From Hypanus sabinus (taxonomy: Eukaryota): a DNA stretch of 64,000 nt. The stretch lies in contig NC_082730.1 in NCBI RefSeq assembly GCF_030144855.1, forward strand, positions 14,694,001-14,758,000, in the 5' to 3' direction. Position 1 is the stretch's first letter. The number at the start of each line of letters is the position of its first letter. Under the pieces are notes generated by a model that saw only the letters and a program-made list of their open reading frames with translations, had not been told where the DNA came from and did not search any database. Positions 23,761-38,223 of the stretch are shown here, one piece after another. The position numbers were made by a program, and so were the translations under genes.

Positions 23761-24559
23761 AGATGCTGTCTGCTGAGTTTCTCCAGCATTTTGCTTGTGT
23801 CGGTTTTGATTTCATTGTAGTTTGAGAATTGAGGTGATCCAAGAATCTGGCTGATTTATATTACCATGATTTTTTGTTGCTGACTTTTCAATTGTTTATA
23901 AACACTTAACTCCACATTGTATGCAAATAGATAAATGATAAAATAATTCTGTATACATGTGGAGCTTTTTGAACTTTGGTTTTGTTAAATTTGTTTTTGG
24001 GGAAAACAGTGCAGTGAGTTTATATCTGCTTAAATACCATGCATTGTATAGAATGACTCTATCGTATCAGCCACTGCTGTGATCTATGTAATGTTCACCC
24101 TCGGTGAAGGATAAGGGAAGATAAATCTTTATTTATCCAGAAGGAAATTATTGTTGCCCAGTCAGACATATGTCCTTCAAAATGCAAAAAGTAAGCATTG
24201 ATGTGGGTAGAACTTCTGTCTTCTTTAATTGTCTTAACAAACAGAATATGAGAAGTGCCAGTGGATGCTACACACTGGCAGATGTTCTGGTCTCTTCCTG
24301 CATTGGCCCATCACTTCTTGGAAAACTTCTTAGTAACCATGGTTCAATATGCTGATGAGAACAAGTGCAGAGATGCAAAACATCTTCAGCAAAGCAGTTT
24401 TGTTTCAGCAACTAGATCACTGAACAACAATAACAGTTTGGCAAAGAAAAGTGAAAAGGCCACTTAGCCATTGTATTTAAACCTAATCGCAGTCATGTAC
24501 ATAATGATGGGACTGTAAAACTTTTCTCATTTATTGTTGAGAAGATATCCAAGAACTGA

Positions 24560-25135
24560 AGCTTCATAAGGTATTAGTCAGATTGCACTGGGAAAATGGA
24601 GACCATACTTGGGCCCCTTATCTATTGAAGGATGAGTTATAATTAGAAAGGGTCCAGAGGGGGTTCACAAGAATGATCCCAGGAATGAAAGGGTTAACAA
24701 GTAAAAATTGTTTGATGGCTCTGGGCCAGTACTTGCTGGAGTTCAGTAGAACGATGGGGAAATTTTATCGAAATCTGTTGAATAGTGAAGGGCCTAGAAA
24801 CTCAATGGAGTGTATGTGGAGAAGATGTTTCCTATAGTGGGGAGGCTCTGACCAGAGGGTATCGCCTCAGAATACAAGGATGTCCCTTTAGGTGAGAGAT
24901 GAGGAGGAGTTTTTTTAGCCATATGATGGTGAATCTGTGGAAATTCACTGCCATAGGCAGCTATGGAGGCTATGTAATCTAGTTTGAAATGGTTTTTGAT
25001 TGGTAAGGTTGTCAAAGGTTTCAATAAGAATGTGGTTGAGGGGGATAATAAATCTGTCAGTATTGAATGGTGGAGCAGAGTGAATAGCTGAACGGCCTGT
25101 TTATGTTCCTATGTCTTTTTGTATTATGGTCTTAC
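24560..25135 (+). mobile_element. CR1 3' fragment
   Basis: LERVQRGFTRMIPG-like remnant plus tail. Confidence 0.7.
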
Positions 25136-26659
25136 GTGACGGAGCAATGCAGGAAGAGGGTGGAATAGTTTGTTTTCATGAGGCATCCACTGGAACTTCC
25201 CTGAATTCAGTTTTTTAAGTCAAGTAGAAGGGCACAGAAGTTCTAACTACATTTTTTGAGAATTGCTTTGTGATGTCCTGGTTCAGAATCAGAATTGGAT
25301 TTATATACATTGCCATCTGATGCAATTTTTTGTTTGCAGCAGAGAGAAAAACAAAAGCAAGCTCCTTCCCTCAGACCATTACAAGCTCAGGTTTATTAGG
25401 TCCAGATTCACAAGTGGGACGACTGCATCTGGAATTACCTGCAGCTAATCAACACCCAACAGATAACCCTGGGCTGAAGAGCTCAAGAGCTCCAACCAGA
25501 CTCTGGAGTTACTGCTAAAGAATGATAAAGAAGAATATTTTGAGATATTCCTCCTAGTGAGTGGGGCATTTCAAAGTTCAAAATTCACATTAAATTTATC
25601 AACGTGCCGTATGATGTCAGCATAAACTACCTTGATTATAAGACAATCATGCAGTTCACCTTGTCTCATTTCCAAGACCCTTTATTATACATTCATGGGT
25701 TACAGTCACAGATTAGTACTGAGAAAAGTTACACCTTCTATCTTGCAGATTCGTGCCCTGATGACCGATGCAAGCTGCAATAATTTTCAGCTCACTCATT
25801 TTATTCAGCACCCAACTTTTATTTACATTGATCATTCTCATTTAGGGCTTTGGTATAGTGACTAGAAATATTCATGTTTGTGTCTTTCTCACTCCATTTC
25901 TTCAAAATGCATTTTGAAAGGTCAGTAATCATGCACCTGATTGAAGTCCAAAATGTCATGATAAATTTATTATCAAATTACATTTATGTCACCATATGCT
26001 ACCCTGTGATTCATTTTCTTGAGGGCATTCAAAGTAGAACAAAGAAATACAACAGAATCAATGAAAAACAACACAATATGGAGAAACAATGTGCACAGGA
26101 AGACAAACTGTGCAAATTCAATAAATAAGTAAATATATAGCACTAAGCACATGAGTTGTAGAATCCTTGAAGATGAGCCTGGAGGTTGTGTTTAGTACTT
26201 CAGTATTGAAGTGAGTAAAATTATCCACACTGGTTCAGGAGCCTGATGGCTGAATTGTTCCTGAACCTGGTAGTTTGGGACCTGAGTCTTCTGTACCTCC
26301 TTCCCGATGGCAGCAGCATGAAGAGATCATGTCTGGATGATGTGGGTCCTTGATGATAGATTCTGCTCTCTTATGGCGGTACACATTTGTAGATGCGCTC
26401 ACTGGTGGGCTGGGTTTTACTGATCAGATCAGTCTTAACCAATCTCCATACTGACCATCCCTGAGTAATGAATGAGTTTGTTTTTACAGATACCTATAAA
26501 TCAACATTACCCATATGTCTGAAAACACAACAAATATCATTCAATACAGTATCCATACCTTCATGGTATTGTAGTGAAAGGCATCAACTGTATTTAAAAC
26601 TGACAAGAAAGTATATTTCTGAAAATCAGAGAGAAAGAAAACTAGTTCTGTTATTTGTT

Positions 26660-27600
26660 GGAACTTTGAACATAGAGCAGTACAGCACAGTAAGAGCCCT
26701 TCAGCCCACAGTGTTGTGCTAATCTATACTCCATGATCAATCAAATTTTTCCATCCTACAGAGCCCATAACACTTATCTACATACATACATGTGTATGTC
26801 TTTTTGAGAGCCTCTTTAATATCCCTATTGTATCAGCCTCTACCACCATGTCTGCATGGTGTTCCAGGGATCCATCACTCTCTATGTATATAGAGAAAAA
26901 AAAACTACCTCTTGCATCTCCCTTAAGCTTCCCTCCACTCACCCACCATTAATAGACGTTCTCTAGTATTGGCCATTGTCACCATGAGAAAGAGGTGCTA
27001 TCTGTCCACTCAATCTACGCCTTATACACTTCTTCTACACCTCTCTACCAAATTTCCTCTCACCCTCCTTTGCTCCAAAGAGAAGATCACTGACTGACTC
27101 AACTTTTACTTTTCCTCATAAGAGATGTTCTCTGATCCAAGCAGCATCTTGGTAAACCTCCTCTGCATCTTCCCTGAAGCTTCCACAGCCTTCCTACAAT
27201 GAGGCAATCAAAACTGAACACAATTCTCCAAGTGTGATCTAACCAGAGTTCTGTAGAGCTGTAAAATTACCTTGCAGCTCTTGAACTGAATTCCCTCGAG
27301 TAGTGAATTCCAACACCTCATACACCTTCTTTTCCACACTTTCAACCAGCACGGTAATTTTGAAGAATGTAATGGACCTGGACCCCAGTATCCCTCTGTT
27401 CCTCCACATTGCTCAGAATCCTGCCATTGACCTTGTAACCTGCCTTCAAGTTCGATCGTACAAAATGCATCACATCACGTTTTTCAGTGTTAAGCTCCAT
27501 CTACTACTTTTCAACCCCACTACTGCACCCTGTCTTTATCCTGTCGTAACTTACAACAACCTTCCGTACCATCCACAACACCAACAATCCTCATGTCATG
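26660..27600 (-). mobile_element. Degraded CR1 3' fragment
   Basis: Reverse complement of the CR1 ORF2 end and tail. Confidence 0.6.
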
Positions 27601-27899
27601 TGTAAACATGTGTACATACATTCAAATTTTGAATTGAGTAACATAACAGGGGCTTGTTTATAGGTAGAAGTTTCCATAAATCAGGAGTTCCTAACACAGG
27701 ACTGAACTGTGTCACCTTTCATCTGACACATCGTTCCTCTGACCAGACCTGTTTTCTCAACTGACACTCTTCCACTTTTAATCCGGATCTGAGGAAGGGT
27801 CCCTGACCTGAAAGTAGGTTCAATTGAAACGTCCACTGCTTATTCCTTTCTATAGATGCTGCCTAACTTGTCGAGTTCCTCCGGCATTTGTATGTGTTC

Positions 27900-29150
27900 A
27901 ATCAGCATGTTGGAGGAAGACTGCTGAATGGTCTAACTCAACATCAGCAGACTCAAAGATCTGATCATTGACTATAGGAAGTGGAATCCAGAGGTCCATG
28001 AGCCAGTTCTCATCAGGGGTCAGACGTGGGAAGAGTCAGTAACATTAAATTCCTTGGATCTGTCCTGGGTCCTTATTTCAAAGGTTCAAAGGTCCAACTT
28101 AATGTCAAAGAAATGTATAAAATATACATCCTGAAATGCTTTTTCTTCGCAAACATCCATGAAAACAGAGAAGTGCCCCCAAAGAATGAACAACAGTTAA
28201 ATGTTAGAAACCCGATGTCCCCCCAGCTCCCCCCTCCCGCACGTAAGTGGCGGCAAGCAACAATCCCCCTCCCCCGACTGGCAAAAAAAAAGCATCGGCA
28301 CCTGCCACCGAGCACTCAAACACGAGCAAAACAACAGCAAAGACACAGACTTTCAGTTACTCCAGAGGCTTTGTGTTTCATCTGAAATTTGACATAATAA
28401 TTGAGAAGAAGGTGTCTCTGTTTTTCCCAGCGAGTGGGGAGGCATAACAAACAACCCGCTGGTTTACGATGTTAAAAGTCTGTTTCATTGCATTTTCCAA
28501 GCTCTGATCCCAAAGGTCTCAAAGATCCCGGGTCTTTGGGCGCAGAGCTGATATCCTGACTCCCCAGATGAGACGCAGGTCTCCTGACGTGCTACTGACC
28601 CTCGATCCACCCATTTCTAGTACCCCAAGATCTTAGGCTTCCAAATCCGAGCCAGACTCTCAGGCCGAACCCTTGGCATGCTGAACAATGGCCAGTCATG
28701 AAATGGTCCCATTCCCTCAAAGAATTAAAGTCAGCATGTAATTCCAAGTCAGGGCCAAAAGAACCCTAAAAGGGACAAATAGAGTTATTAAAGATGGAAA
28801 CAGAGTTGTTTCCAAAGATGCAAGCAAAGGAGTCGCCATTTAGCACCATCTTAACTTCACTCTGCCTCTGAGTGTATTTTCTGCCTCCATTTTCCTGGAA
28901 GTTTGTGAAAATCAAAATGTCATCTAAACCTTTGACAAAGTTCCATAGATGCACTATGGAAAGCGTTCTTACTGGTTTCATCATGGTATGGTATAACAAA
29001 ACCAATGCCCATGAACAGAAAAACCCACAAAAGGTGGTGAATACAGTCCAGGTCATCATAGATAAGCCCCTACTTACTGTTGGGTATATTTACAAGGGGC
29101 ATTGTCGAGCAAAAACAGCACCCATCATTTATGAACACCCATACAGGTCT
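27900..29150 (+). mobile_element. Rex/Babar RT remnants interrupted by a younger opposite-strand element (~28075-28770)
   Basis: VSNIKFLG and FHRCTMESVLTGFIMVWY...QKVVNT motifs. Confidence 0.6.
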
Positions 29151-32100
29151 TATTAATAGATTCTAACATCTTACCAACCACTGAAGTCAGGCTAATTTGC
29201 CTATAATTTCCTGCTTTTGTCTCCCTCCCTTCTTAAAGTGTTGATTGATATTTGTAATTTCCCAGTCCTATGAAACCATACTTGAAAATTTACTGCTAAT
29301 TCCTCCTTCTGCTAACTTCTGCTAACTCAGCCCAAACCCTGCTGACCTGGTCTCTGCAAAGAAAACAATGCGGGTTTCAATTCTTCTAATTAGTTTCCTA
29401 CTCAGTGAGTGACAACCAACATCGGACATTTTCTTCATCAGTTTTTGGTTTGGCGATCAAAGATATTGGAAACTGCAGTTCATTGAAAACTCCTGGAGGA
29501 ACTCAACGGGCCAAGCAGCATCTGTCAGGGGGAAGGAAATTGACAATGATTTGGGTTGAAACCCTGCAGAGAATCTGAGTGGAGGAAGAAGACTGTGTAA
29601 ATAGGAGAGTGGATATTGGGGAAATAACGGTCAAATCAAAATAAGGAAGAATGGAGCAGGAAGTCCAATTTTGAACTGTAGCAAACTAACTGAAGTGTGA
29701 TATGTGACGAAATGAAAAGTTCTTAGTTATATTTAAAAAAAATAAAAGACAGTTCCCAATGACTGAGAGAAATGATGAACAAAGTTGCATTGTTGGACAC
29801 CAACAACAGTAGATGTTATCATCTGGAGCAAAAATAAATTGCTGGAGGTGTCGTGAAGTAGGGGCTTAATCTGAAAATGTTGACCACTCTGTTCTCTGAC
29901 TCCCCAGGTTCCTCCAGAAGACTTTTTTCTTGCATCAGCGAATCATGAGTCATTGAGTTTCACAGTGAGAAATTAACCGAGGAGCAGAAAATAATGAGAG
30001 GAAGAGGAAGGAGATTATCAATATGTTCTGTTGTTGTTCAGAACAAACCACAGAATGGGAAAGAAATACGATTGAAGTGACTCTGGCTGTGGAATGATTG
30101 TAGGTCCCAGATAGGGTTGTCTGAGTCTCTCAGAAACTGCTGATCTACTGCAAATAGCACACTAAACAGCTCGAGTTGTAGTCGATTTCAGAGTTACAAA
30201 AGAGTCCTCTGAAACCATAGGTAAAACTGTTCCAAAACAGTTCAGAGAATGGTGCAAACAATAAAACAAAAACATCTTGTGAGTGGCAGGTTCTGTGGGG
30301 GAAAAATGCCTTGATAATGAGAGAGATTAGTAGAGAATGATCAGCCTGGTTCAACATGACAGTAACTGAAATAACCACGTGTTACAACAATGGTGTTCAG
30401 AAGCTTAGCTCTGAAAGCACAACATGACAAACCTTGAAGTGGACGGGCTACAGTAGCAGAAGATTGCAGACATCCACCCAGTGGCTGCTTTATTAGATAC
30501 CCCCTGTCGAATATATGTTGTGTTATTTTGAGTATGAATGGAATAACCGCCTCCATCAACAACCACCCCCATCTGTTTCAACAGCGGGGAGGGAGGAGAA
30601 ATTAAATTAAACCCAGAGGTGTAGTAGTTGGTCCAGAGCTTATTGACAGAGGCAGAGCAAAATTTCTGAAAGTCACCGAGCCTGTCACGTTGAACAATCT
30701 TGTTCATCATGATAAATTGGTCAAAAATTTAAATTTAGAAAAGTTAGAGTAGGTACAGATTTGAAGCAATTTAAACTCGTATTTGAACTTATCCAAATCA
30801 AACAAATTGCTCCACTTACCTCCCTCATGTGGTCGGTATCTCCTATTCATCCCGCTGCCCTTGTAGTGGTAATGGATTCCTGTGTTAGGCACTCTCCAAT
30901 GTAAACCAGGGAGGCCTTTGATCATCAGGAGTCTGCATGATAATCACAAGGTAAATGTCAATTCTGCCTCTGCACAGGTACCTAAAATTTGTATTATGAA
31001 TGTCAGTAATGTTCTTCATTTGCTGCAAACTAAAGTCATAGAGTCAGAATATGAAAGCAGGAACAAGCTGTAAATGCTGGCTGCCTGCCTATACTTCCCA
31101 TTGGTCAGAGAAGTTAACAAACTCTATATCATGCTTATGCTTAGTTAATATAACATGAAACAGTCAAACAACAGGAAAAGGTCTGCCTTTAATATGATGC
31201 TAAATATGCTAATCAAATCTCCCTGGATATGTTCCCTATCACTCCATCCCAGCATATTCATGTGTGTGAGTAATTGCCTCTTAAATGTCATCATCACATC
31301 TTCTCCCACTATCTAACCTAGCAGTGTATTCCAGGCATGCACAACTATGTGCAGAATTCTCAATAGTATATTCCTTCAGGTTTTACCAATCTCTCCTCTC
31401 ATATTAGATCCTGGAGAAAAATACTTTGACTCTGCCGTCTCTGTCTAAGCTGCTTAAAATTTCATACACTTCTCTCTGATGTCTCCTCAGTCTTCAGAGA
31501 AAACAATCCTAGTTTGTACAAGCACTCCATACAAGTTATATACCCTAATCTAGAAAATAAGCAGGTAAACCTCTTCTGCAGCCATTCGAAAGGCTCCGCA
31601 TCCTTGCTGTTATGCAGCAACCAGAACTACGCACATACTCCAAATGTGGCTTAAGCAAAGTTTTATACAGCTGCTACATGCATTCATAACCTTTTTAGTT
31701 AATATCCTGACTGAAGCCTGTTTTACCACCAACATTGTATCTGTCTATGTTGCCAGCTTCACAGAGTTATAAACCTGCACTCCAAGATTTGCACATCCTT
31801 CTGGATCTGCCTTGGTGATAATTCAGTCAAATCTGCTTTGCAGAACCTGCCTCTGAGGAAAGAGCAAAGCAGGAAGCAGACATGATGTAGGAGGGGCTTT
31901 TCATGGAATCAAATTCAGCATGCAATACATGGCTTCATTTCCTTTGAAGACTGTGTCAGATCTTTTCAGGCAATGTTTAAACTCACCTCTTCTGAAATAT
32001 ATTCCATTGGTCAGTGTAATTTCAATAGCTACGATGGGATGTCACTTTACTTCAGTTCAATGCTAGAGGGGAAACAGCCGATTGGAATTACACATTCATG

Positions 32101-32914
32101 CATTGTGATGACATGGATTTTAATACAGTGGTAAAATCTGCGTCAGCTCTGTTCTTGAGCCAAATTAAATCCATTTTGATAGGAAATGGTCTGTGTGAGT
32201 CGCTGAAGTATTTCTCATAGAATGATACAGGACAGAATTTGTACAGGTCACATGTACAGTATCTCTCGTGATGAGATCTGAAGGATTATTAAATATCGAC
32301 TGTTCCTTTAAAAAGAGAGAGAGAGAGAGCAGAGAGTGTGTGCTAATTCAAAGATGAGAGTGAGAGCAACAAAAGCCCGTGAGTTGCCTTGGAAACGGCA
32401 AGGCGAAGCTATATGATGGACAGCTGGTGTTCAGCACTTGTGGAATATATACAAGGTCAACTGGCTTTGCATTCAGATACACTGAGACACACGGATGACA
32501 CTGGGTGAGCTTTGTGTGCCCACGACAAGGGTAGGTTTTCCTCGCAGTGTGGACAAAGGGGTGACCGGTGGAAAGCTATCGGTGTGTTTAACACTTGCCT
32601 GGGTTGATAGCTGTACCACGTGAAAACAGCATCCTCTTTTGGTGTGGTCACAGTCGGTGACTTTAATAAGTTTCAGGAGCAGGAAGATGATGTAGTAGAT
32701 TCAACGGCATCGGCACTGGGAAGACAAAACATCTTCCTCTCTCTCTTCAAACTACTCAATTCAATATCCAGATGGAACTGACTTCTTACCTATACCATCG
32801 TAAAACTGTATCATTTATCACCTGAGCTGGGAGAAGCTTGGGACCTTTATTTACTCACTTATATATGCATATACTCTGCTAACCTGTTTGCCTTATCTGG
32901 TTTTATATTACTTT

Positions 32915-33785
32915 ATTCAGATTCAGTTTATTGTCATTTAGAAACCACAAATGCAATGCAGTTAAAAAATGGGACAACGTTCCTCCAGAATGATATCACA
33001 AAAGCATATGACAAAACAGACTACACCAGAAAATCCACATAACGTTTGGCAATCCCCAATCCAGAGTCCGGAGATGCTGCTGCATATTAATATCGCGCTA
33101 CCATCTTAGCACGTTTTCCGGAAAGGAGCTCCAAATCGACCAGACTAAACAAGACCAAAAACTAAAGCTGCAAGACCTGCACAAAACCACAAAGTTACAA
33201 CAGTGCAAACATAGCATAATTGATAAAAAAACAGACCATGGGCACAGTAAAAATAGTCCAAAGCTGTTAAAAGACGATAAGTTCAAAAGAAACACCACAC
33301 AGTTTCCACAAGTCCCCAGGGTCCCCGATAGACTCGTCATCCCACGCTGGCGGTAGAAGGGAATAACCCCACTATGGACTTCCACGGTGCCGCCCGACTC
33401 AGCCTCGCAGACGCAGCACACACTGAAAACAAACTGACCGCAGCGGACTCCGAGTCCGTCGAAACTCCGAGCCAACGACCATCCCCTCCGGCACAGCTTC
33501 TCCGAACACCATCCTCTGCTGAGCGTATTAAGACGGCCCCACCAATGGCCATCAGCAACACGACCCTGAGGACTGGGGGCCTCTTCTTCCCAGCAGAGTC
33601 CCGGACCTCACAGCAGCAGCAGTAACGAAGAAGGTCTTCCTGGAGATTTCCCGATGTTCCTCCATGCTCCATGTCCATTTCCAATCGATTATGATTGCGC
33701 TCGGCACCCCACTTCACAAATAACAGATAATCAGCTCCAGAGTGGCCGCTGCAAGCTGCGTCACACCACCATCTTGGAAATCAAA
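32915..33785 (-). mobile_element. GC-rich non-autonomous LINE-derived element
   Basis: Minus-strand 5' end ttccaagatggtggtgtgacg (YY1-like CAAGATGG), 3' end aataaactgaatctgaat; no long coding ORF. Confidence 0.5.
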
Positions 33786-33989
33786 GTCACTAACAAAACA
33801 TATCACATAGTTACTGATAAAATAGTGTGTATAACAGAAAACTCAGACTCCAGGTGTGTCCATTTCTGCTGATCCCTTTTAACCCATTATGGGGTACATA
33901 ACACTCTCCCCTTATAATCTCCATTAACTCTAACGCAGCATACCTTCACTCACTTTCTCAGCTAATGAAAATTACCAATTCCACAATAT

Positions 33990-34540
33990 ATAAACACAAG
34001 AAACTTTGCAGATGCTGGATTTTCAAAGAAACATACACAAAACATTGGAGGAACTCAGCAGGTCAGGCAGCCTCTATGGTAATAAATAAGCAGTCAATGT
34101 TTCTGGCTGAAACCCTTCTTTAACACTGGGCAGGAAGAGGGAAGACGCCATAATAAAAATATGGAGGGAGGGAAAGGAGGATGTCTAGAAGTTGACAGGT
34201 GAAGCCAGGTGGGGTAGGAACGATAATAAGCTGGAGAGGAAGGGAGATATCTGATAGTGGAGGAAAGTGGACAATAGGAATAGAGGATCCGGGGGAGGTG
34301 AAAGGCAGTGGAGAAGAGGTTAGAGGCCAGAATAGGGAATAAAAGAAGGGCAAGGCTGGAGTTTTTTTTTTCAATAATATTCTACAACTTGTCCTGATAA
34401 TCCAGTCCTGATGAAGGGTCTCAGCTTGAAACGTCAACTGCTTTTTCCGTTCCATAGATGCTGCCTGACTGGCTGAACTCCTCCAGCATTTTGTGTGTGT
34501 TGCTCTGGATTTCTGACATCTGCAGAATCTCTTGGGTTTA
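33990..34540. mobile_element. Two Penelope termini in inverted orientation
   Basis: 33990-34120 is approximately the reverse complement of 34410-34540. Confidence 0.65.
34403..34440 (+). ncRNA. Penelope-associated minimal hammerhead motif
   Basis: cagtc-CTGATGA-agggtctcagctt-GAAA-cgtc-aactg: good stem I, weakened stem II. Confidence 0.6.
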
Positions 34541-34619
34541 TAAATCCACAATATCACTGTTCACGTGGTTAGATCATTAGATGTTAATTGAAGTGTGATC
34601 TATCCAGTCCATGCTGTGT

Positions 34620-35632
34620 AATTAGGACATCATCGTAGGAGTTCCTCGGGGAAGTACCCTAGAACCAAACAACGTCAGCTGCTTCATCAATGACCTTCCT
34701 TCTGTTATAAAGTCAGAAGTGGGGATGTTCGTAGATGACTGCACAATGTTCTGCACCATTCGTAACTCCTCAGATAGTGAAGCAATTCATACCCAAATGC
34801 AGCAGGACCTGGTCAATATCCAGGCTTGGGCTGACAAGAGGCAAGTAACATTCGAGCCACGCAAGTGCCAAGCAATGACCTTCTCCAACAAGAGAGAAGC
34901 TAATCATCGTCCCTTGGTGTTCAGTGGCATCCGCATCACTGAATCCCCTACTATCAATATCCTGGAGGTTACCATTGACAGGGAACTGAACTGGTTTAGC
35001 CGTATAAACACTGTGGCTACCAGAGCAGGTCAAAAGGTCAAAGCCTAGGAATCCTCCGATGTGTAACTCACCTCCTGACTCCCTAAAGCCTGTCCACCAT
35101 CTACAAGTCTCAGGTCAGGAGTCTAATGGAATACTCACCACTCAGCTGGATGAGTGCAGCTCCATCAACACTCAAGAAGCTCGACACCATCCAGTACAAG
35201 ACAGCCCACTTGATTGGTACCCCTTCCACAAGCACCCAGTCCCTCTGCCATTGACAAACAGTTGCACAGTGTGTACTATCTACACGATGCACTGCAACAA
35301 CACACCAATGTTCCTAATGCAGCACCTTCCAGACCCACAACCACTACCATCTAGTAGGGCGAGAACAACAGATACCTGGGAACAACACCACTTGGAAATT
35401 CCCCTCTAAGTCACTCACCATCCTGACTTGGACACATATCACCGTTTTTTCATTGTTGCTGGGTCAAACTCATGGAATTCCCTCCCTAACAGCACAGTGG
35501 GTGTACCCACACCTCGGAGACTGCAGCAGTTCAAGAAGGCAGCTCATCACCACTTCTCAAGGGCAACTAGGGATGGACAATAAATGCTGGCTTAGCTGGA
35601 TATGCCCACATTGCGTAAATGAATTAAAAAAA
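34620..35632 (+). mobile_element. L2/Crack-clade LINE 3' fragment
   Basis: MFVDDCTMF...MQQDLVNIQAWADK...VTIDRELNW; tail ttctcaagggcaactagggatggacaataaatgctggc. Confidence 0.75.
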
Positions 35633-38223
35633 GGTGAACTATGAGGAGAGTTTCAGTATAGATTAACAGTTGCCATATGTTTACACACTTTGGGGAATAC
35701 ATTGAGTTTAACTGTTTGTTCTTGATTTCACTGTAGAGTAAAAATTAAGGCAATCTGAGAAAATAATTGATTTATATTTGCCTGAAATTTTGTCACTGTC
35801 TTTGTATGTGTGTTTGTAAAAGCTTAATTTCACTTTGTGTGTAAATAGCAAAATAATAAAATAATTTAATGTACATGGGATCTATCATTCTGTATTTGTT
35901 ATTTCTTTAGAGGAAAACAGTACAGCATATTAGGTATGTATACAAATACACTCAGTGTCCAGTTTATTAGATAGAACTGTACACCTGCACTTTAAAGCAA
36001 TTGGCAAAACAGACTCTGGTCATATTGCATCACTTTCTCATATATCAGGTGAAGGATATTATGTCACATCAGTAGTGTATGTTTTCTAACTTCATGATTA
36101 CAACAGCGGAGTTCTCCTGTTATTTTGACATAAAGATGATGTATTATACAATAATCGGTTACAGTCACTCAACGGCTTCGAGATACGCATCTCCTGTTTG
36201 GAATTTCAACCCCGATGCCTAATACAAACTGCAACAAATTGTGTGTCACTCATTTGATTCAGCTCCCCATATTACTTTCGTTTGCTCTTTGTCCTTTAAC
36301 AACTTGGTGCAGTGACATCAGTTATACCCATTTTGAATAATTCATCACAACAGTCCATGTGTATCAATATTTCAGAACAGACAAAAGCAAAATAAGATAG
36401 AGGCGCGCTCGATCGCTGTGGCTGCTACAGGGTCATAAGACCTTAAAGTACTCCAGGTCTACCCCAACAGCGAGTTGCTCATTGGTGGAGAAACTGAAGG
36501 AGCCGGAGTTGGTGTGGACCGTGATGTTGCCTGCATTAGGTGTGCGAAGTTTAACAGTGGGTGATTGTCTTAGTTGCCTTTCTTGAGATTGCAAGACTCT
36601 GTTGGACATAGGTAAAGTGGAATGCTACAAGTCTGAATCACTGAGTTATTGGCAGATGGCGAGAAAACTGTGTGGCCTCAGTCGTAGCAAGGACTCAGCA
36701 CCAAGCTGTGTCGCTTGTTTACAGCCGCTCGGGAGAGAATCGTTAGACTCAGTGCCTGCCCTTGGAGGTATGTACTGGCACGGAGTCCAAGTCATTGCTG
36801 CCCCCTAGTGTTCGCTCAGCAGCAGACAAGCCATATTGCAGATCTTTGCAGCATTCGTGGGATTCAGTGTCTTGTGTGACTGTATTTTACTGATCTCTGA
36901 AACGAGCTTGCAGCTTATATGTGTTATATAGTTTTGTGCTGTGTGTGAATGATGGTACTGTGTTTTGCACCTTAGCCACAGAGTAACGCTGTTTCATTGG
37001 GCTGTATTCTTGTGTATTCATGTATGGTTGAATAACAATTAAACTCGAAAAATAAATATATGACTATCTGAAATTAAATTTGCTGATAATGGAAATACCC
37101 AGAAAATCAGGAGGCAATTGCAGAGTTAAAACTGTTGTTATATTGATATCAATGAGGGTAACATGTTGGAAAAGGAATTCAAAAATCAAAGTCACTGACT
37201 TGAAGGATGACGATATTATCTTGTTCGGTTTTCATTTTCATGGAGTCGACAGTTTAATGATGAGAGGTTAATTTTCACTGCACAAAGTGTGCAGAAGAAT
37301 GAATATTTGATCTTGATGCAAAATTCCAGCACAGTCAGTGCAATCTGGGAGTCTTCACTTTACCTCCTGGACCACCATGCAGTGAGGATCAGATTCATCA
37401 CGTCTCTGCAAAAGGCAATGGTCAACCCATCAGATTCTCCAACAATGGGATCTCTGCTTTATTTCAGATGGCCACTCACAATGGAATTCTGTCTGAAACA
37501 AGTATTCCATACATTCTATGCACGAGAGACCGTGTCAAAACCGACCCATATCAACTGCATAAAATTGAAATTGACCATAGGGTAAGAAAGGATTCATGTA
37601 TTTAAAAGCTTTTCTTCAAATGATCAGTATATTTAAAAGTGATGCCACTGATCTCCATAAGCCTACCTTAGTTTCCCTTATGAACCATGTGACTGAACTC
37701 TGCCGATTATCAGCAGAGCGAAGAGCAGCCAACGACCCACCTTCCACATCATGAAACTGAGCAAAGGGGAAGAGATGTAGAATCAGTTCGAGGAAATGAG
37801 GTGGCTTCGTGTTTGAAACATTTGCCTCCTGTTTTCACAGTAACCTTAGTGGAGTGGAGTGAGGTAAAGCAGCTGAGCAGGGGGTGGGGGGGTTCAATCA
37901 GAAGGCTAAATTATTGTTCGACAGAGAAAGAGGGAAAATAACCTCTGATGATCAGTTACAGATCTAATACTGGGACATGACTGCAGAAAAATGAGGATTG
38001 TGAATCAGAAATTGCAAAGTAAAAATAAATTTTGGAAAGGAAGAGAAGGAAATAGTGAATTGCAGAGGTGCGACAATGATAAAGAGATACAATTGAAGGA
38101 AGTCGACACTACTGTAAGGTAGACTGTGATGGAGTCCACGCGGATAGATGTGAAAAATGATAAATGACGTATGACTGATGGTGAAAGTGAGAAGGGACAT
38201 GAAATAATGCAGACAAATTAGAA

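Noticed and set aside
31980-32060. Strong donor AGAG|gtgagt with upstream IVAIEITLTNGIYFRR
   Set aside because: Not hydrophobic enough for a TM and no in-frame acceptor found.
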